64,000 nucleotides of DNA from positions 124,001 through 188,000 of the forward strand of contig NW_026250425.1 in NCBI RefSeq assembly GCF_024521635.1, in the 5' to 3' direction. The DNA is from Tricharina praecox. Taxonomy: Eukaryota. Shown in pieces: positions 61,171 to 64,000 of the stretch (position 1 is its first letter; each line of letters opens with the position of its first letter). Below the pieces are notes generated by a model. That model made no database searches and was not told the DNA's origin. It worked only from the letters and a program-made list of their open reading frames with translations. A program made the position numbers and the translations under genes.

Positions 61171-63355
61171 ATGGAGAGTACTGACCAGATGAGCAGGAAG
61201 GAAAGGTTGAGGGCGCTGGACAGCCCCTCCGCTGGACACCTAAGAAGAGCTTCTAGTGAGCCTGCCATGACCGCCAGCATCGCAGAGGGAATCAAGGACC
61301 TCCACGTTTCGGTGGAGGAAGACGGCGAGGAACAGGAAGTTGTTGGTGCGAAAGGTCAGTTCTAAAATATGCGAATTGAACGCCCAGGAGCTTGATGTTA
61401 CTGGTATTGACCCCGAATTAGGTGATGAGACACCGGCCGCGGCTTCGGCGGTGAGTACTTCCGACCACGGTGGTGATGATGTGGTGAAGGAAGATGTCAA
61501 GTTGGAGGCCCCGGTTACTCCTATCCTGAAGCCCACCGAGCCCACGACTCCCGTGCCAGAGTTGGGGACCGTCACGCCCACAAAAGGTAACAGGGTTATT
61601 ATCGAGGCTCCCAAGACGCCGGTGCGTGCCACGCCGGTGGGAATCTTGAACAAGCCTCTTCGATCACCTGTCACTCCGACTCCGGTTCGAAAAACTCCTG
61701 GAGATTTCAACTTCGCCAACGAACATACGACACCTACCCACACATCTCTCGAAGACTTCCTCTCCAGCCAGAAAGTGCTCGAGATGCTGCCACCACCCGG
61801 AAACGACAGTCCGTTCAACTCTCCCATCAAGGCCGCTCCGGACATGAGCACTCGGGAAATGATCACGCTTCCGGTTGACATGGTCATGAATCTCTGCGCC
61901 CTTGCCGGCGTGTTTGACCCCACGTCTGGCAATCTAGCTGCTTCGGTCGCTGCTGCGAAAGCTGCTGGCGCCGGACCGCCAAAGCCTGGTGCTCACGCTC
62001 AGACACCTGTGTCTCACGCTGCTCCCGCTCGGGGTGCAGCAAACACCAATAAATCTGCTGCTACTCCGACTGATAACTGGGGTCCTCATGGTTGTTCTCC
62101 CCCTTCCTCCCCCCTCCATCGCAATCCGCATCTAACCAACCGTTTCCCAGGCCCTCCCCGCGAGCGTAGGCTGCAGATCAACAACGACCCCCCCACGCCC
62201 GTATTCCAGCCGGGAGGGAACAAGCCACCTCTCGTGACGCACACGCTGATAATCCACCCTCTTCCTTTGGACCTTCGCATCCGCGACCTGATCCACTCGC
62301 TGACGGCACCCGGCGGTTTGCGGCAAGTGCACTTCGCGCCGCTCCGCCCGCCGCCCGAGCGCCGCTCCTCCAACCCCGAGGTCCAGGCTGCCGTGATCAC
62401 CTTCTGCGACGCCGAGGGCGCCAAGGAGTTCAAGAAGTACGCTGACCAGCATGGCTTCTTCCTCTCCCTGCGCGCGCCGCACGGAAACCGCCTGCTCGAC
62501 AGCGACGAGTTCTCCGGCGAGACACCGTGCGGAATCCTCCAGAGTACGCCTGATAATAAGGGGGTTAAGCGGGTCTACCTGGTCAAGAAGCATCTTCCGC
62601 TGGTGACGGTGCGGTTCTGGGGCCGCGACGTGGAGGGCAAGAAGCTCACCGAGGGCGCCGGGATCTACAGGGAGGTCGAGGCTCAGCTGCTCAAGTGGTT
62701 CCTGCTGGATGATACTTGGTTCTGCGATATCGAGAACGAGATCCTGAAGGGCGCCTCGAGACAGCTCAAAGTTCTGTGCTCGCTCGACGTCGTCCTGAGG
62801 GAGCTGGAGCACCTGCGTTTCTCGCCCTACGAGGGAACCGGTGGTGGCACCGTGAGTACCCCTTCCCCCCTCCTCCCCTCACTCCACATCCTAACCCGCC
62901 CCACCACCCAGTCCTTCGAATTCGTCAACCACGCCAACACGGGACCTGGCCGCAACACGAAGTCATCGAAGCCCGGCACTCTCGGCAACAGCAACACCAA
63001 CACCTCGGTAACTCTGCGGTTCTTTTCGATCCGCGAGTGCGTGATGGCGAAGCGCTACTTCGACCTCCGCCGCGGCTTCGAGGGCAAGGCGTTTTTCGTC
63101 CGTGATTATGCCGACCGCGAGATCAAGCATTTGCAGTGGGATCAGTATGCTAGGGTCGGCGAGAACGGCAGGGATAAGCGTAAGCGGTTAAGGAGTGACT
63201 TTGGTCTGGGTGAGGCGGATGGCGGGGAGGAAGCCGCTGGTGGGGATGCGGGTGGTGACGCTGCGGGTGGAAATGCGGGTGACACTGCTGGTGAGGCTGC
63301 TTGGGACGCTGCTGGTGACACGGCTGGCGAAGCTGCTGCTGATGACGGCTGGTGA
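61171..63355 (+). CDS. Hypothetical protein with Pro/Thr-rich N-terminus and two divergent RRM-like domains
   Basis: Probable introns 61306-61387 and 62852-62911. TLIIHPLPLDLRIRDLI..GGLRQVHF..AAVITFCD and GASRQLKV..VTLRFFSIRECVMAK..FFVRD resemble fungal Nrd1/Mrn1-type RRMs. Confidence 0.6.
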
Positions 63356-64000
63356 TGCTTAGGCGTTACATACCTCTCCCCCGTTTGATCTTCTAGTTCT
63401 TTCTGGATAACGCGAATTAACGACTCTCCTCTTCCGCACTGGTTTTTTTTCTTCTTCTTTTGTTTTGTTTGAGCACCTTCGCATCCGGCTGGAGTAGGTA
63501 TGTGGCATCGTGCTCAATGTAAGGTAGGTAGTACGTAGTATTCGGTCTCGTCCATGGCTGTGAGAATCGTGAAGAACCGAAAAGTAAACGTTGGAGTTGT
63601 CATCCATGGCGGTAAACGCGCTGAACTATTAGGTTTAGGACATCTATGTATTACCAGCGTGTGTTTTGGCCATGGGGGGTCCGTACGACTACACATCTTC
63701 CCTGTGGGGGCTATAGTAGTTCGTCATGGCCAGCCGGGCATGCCAGGGGGCCGGACAACAACGGACGTCACAGAATATCTTTGTTCGTGAGCTGTCGTTG
63801 GTAGGTATCTCATCGGCATTGCGTACTCTCTACATACATCTCTGCTCCACTGGTAACTACAAGATATATAGGTAACATTCCCTACTCTCACCTGCTCACG
63901 CAGGCCCAGCCTCGCCCTTAACGACGACATGCCACATCGACACGGCAGCCACATCCTTCCCCTGATATACAGCCAGGAGCTTTTCCGTCAACTCAGGCGT

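Overview
Eukaryotic, intron-containing filamentous-ascomycete DNA, with short GT..CTRAC..YAG introns and microsatellite-rich intergenic regions. The divergent orthologs suggest an early-branching Pezizomycotina such as Pezizomycetes (inference). The window opens inside a giant (>3,700 aa visible, 5'-truncated) Pro/Ser-rich repeat protein. Its C-terminal coiled-coil and globular domain resemble the septal-pore end of the Woronin-body tether Leashin (LAH, 'involucrin repeat protein'), but its spacer is built from two distinct arrays of SxxxSP/RPxSP repeats. It is followed by housekeeping genes: RQC2/NEMF, a STIMATE/YPL162C-like membrane protein, NEDD8/RUB1 (absent from the ORF track), NAD-dependent GDH2, JHD1/KDM2, SAM37/metaxin, SYM1/MPV17, eIF4E, VTC4 and APC2. 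Also present are an internally deleted GMC-oxidoreductase pseudogene, a membrane-anchored CE2/SGNH-like probable pseudo-esterase and a divergent two-RRM protein. No rRNA, tRNA, CRISPR or intact transposon was recognised. All homology calls come from motif recognition by eye, not from database searches.
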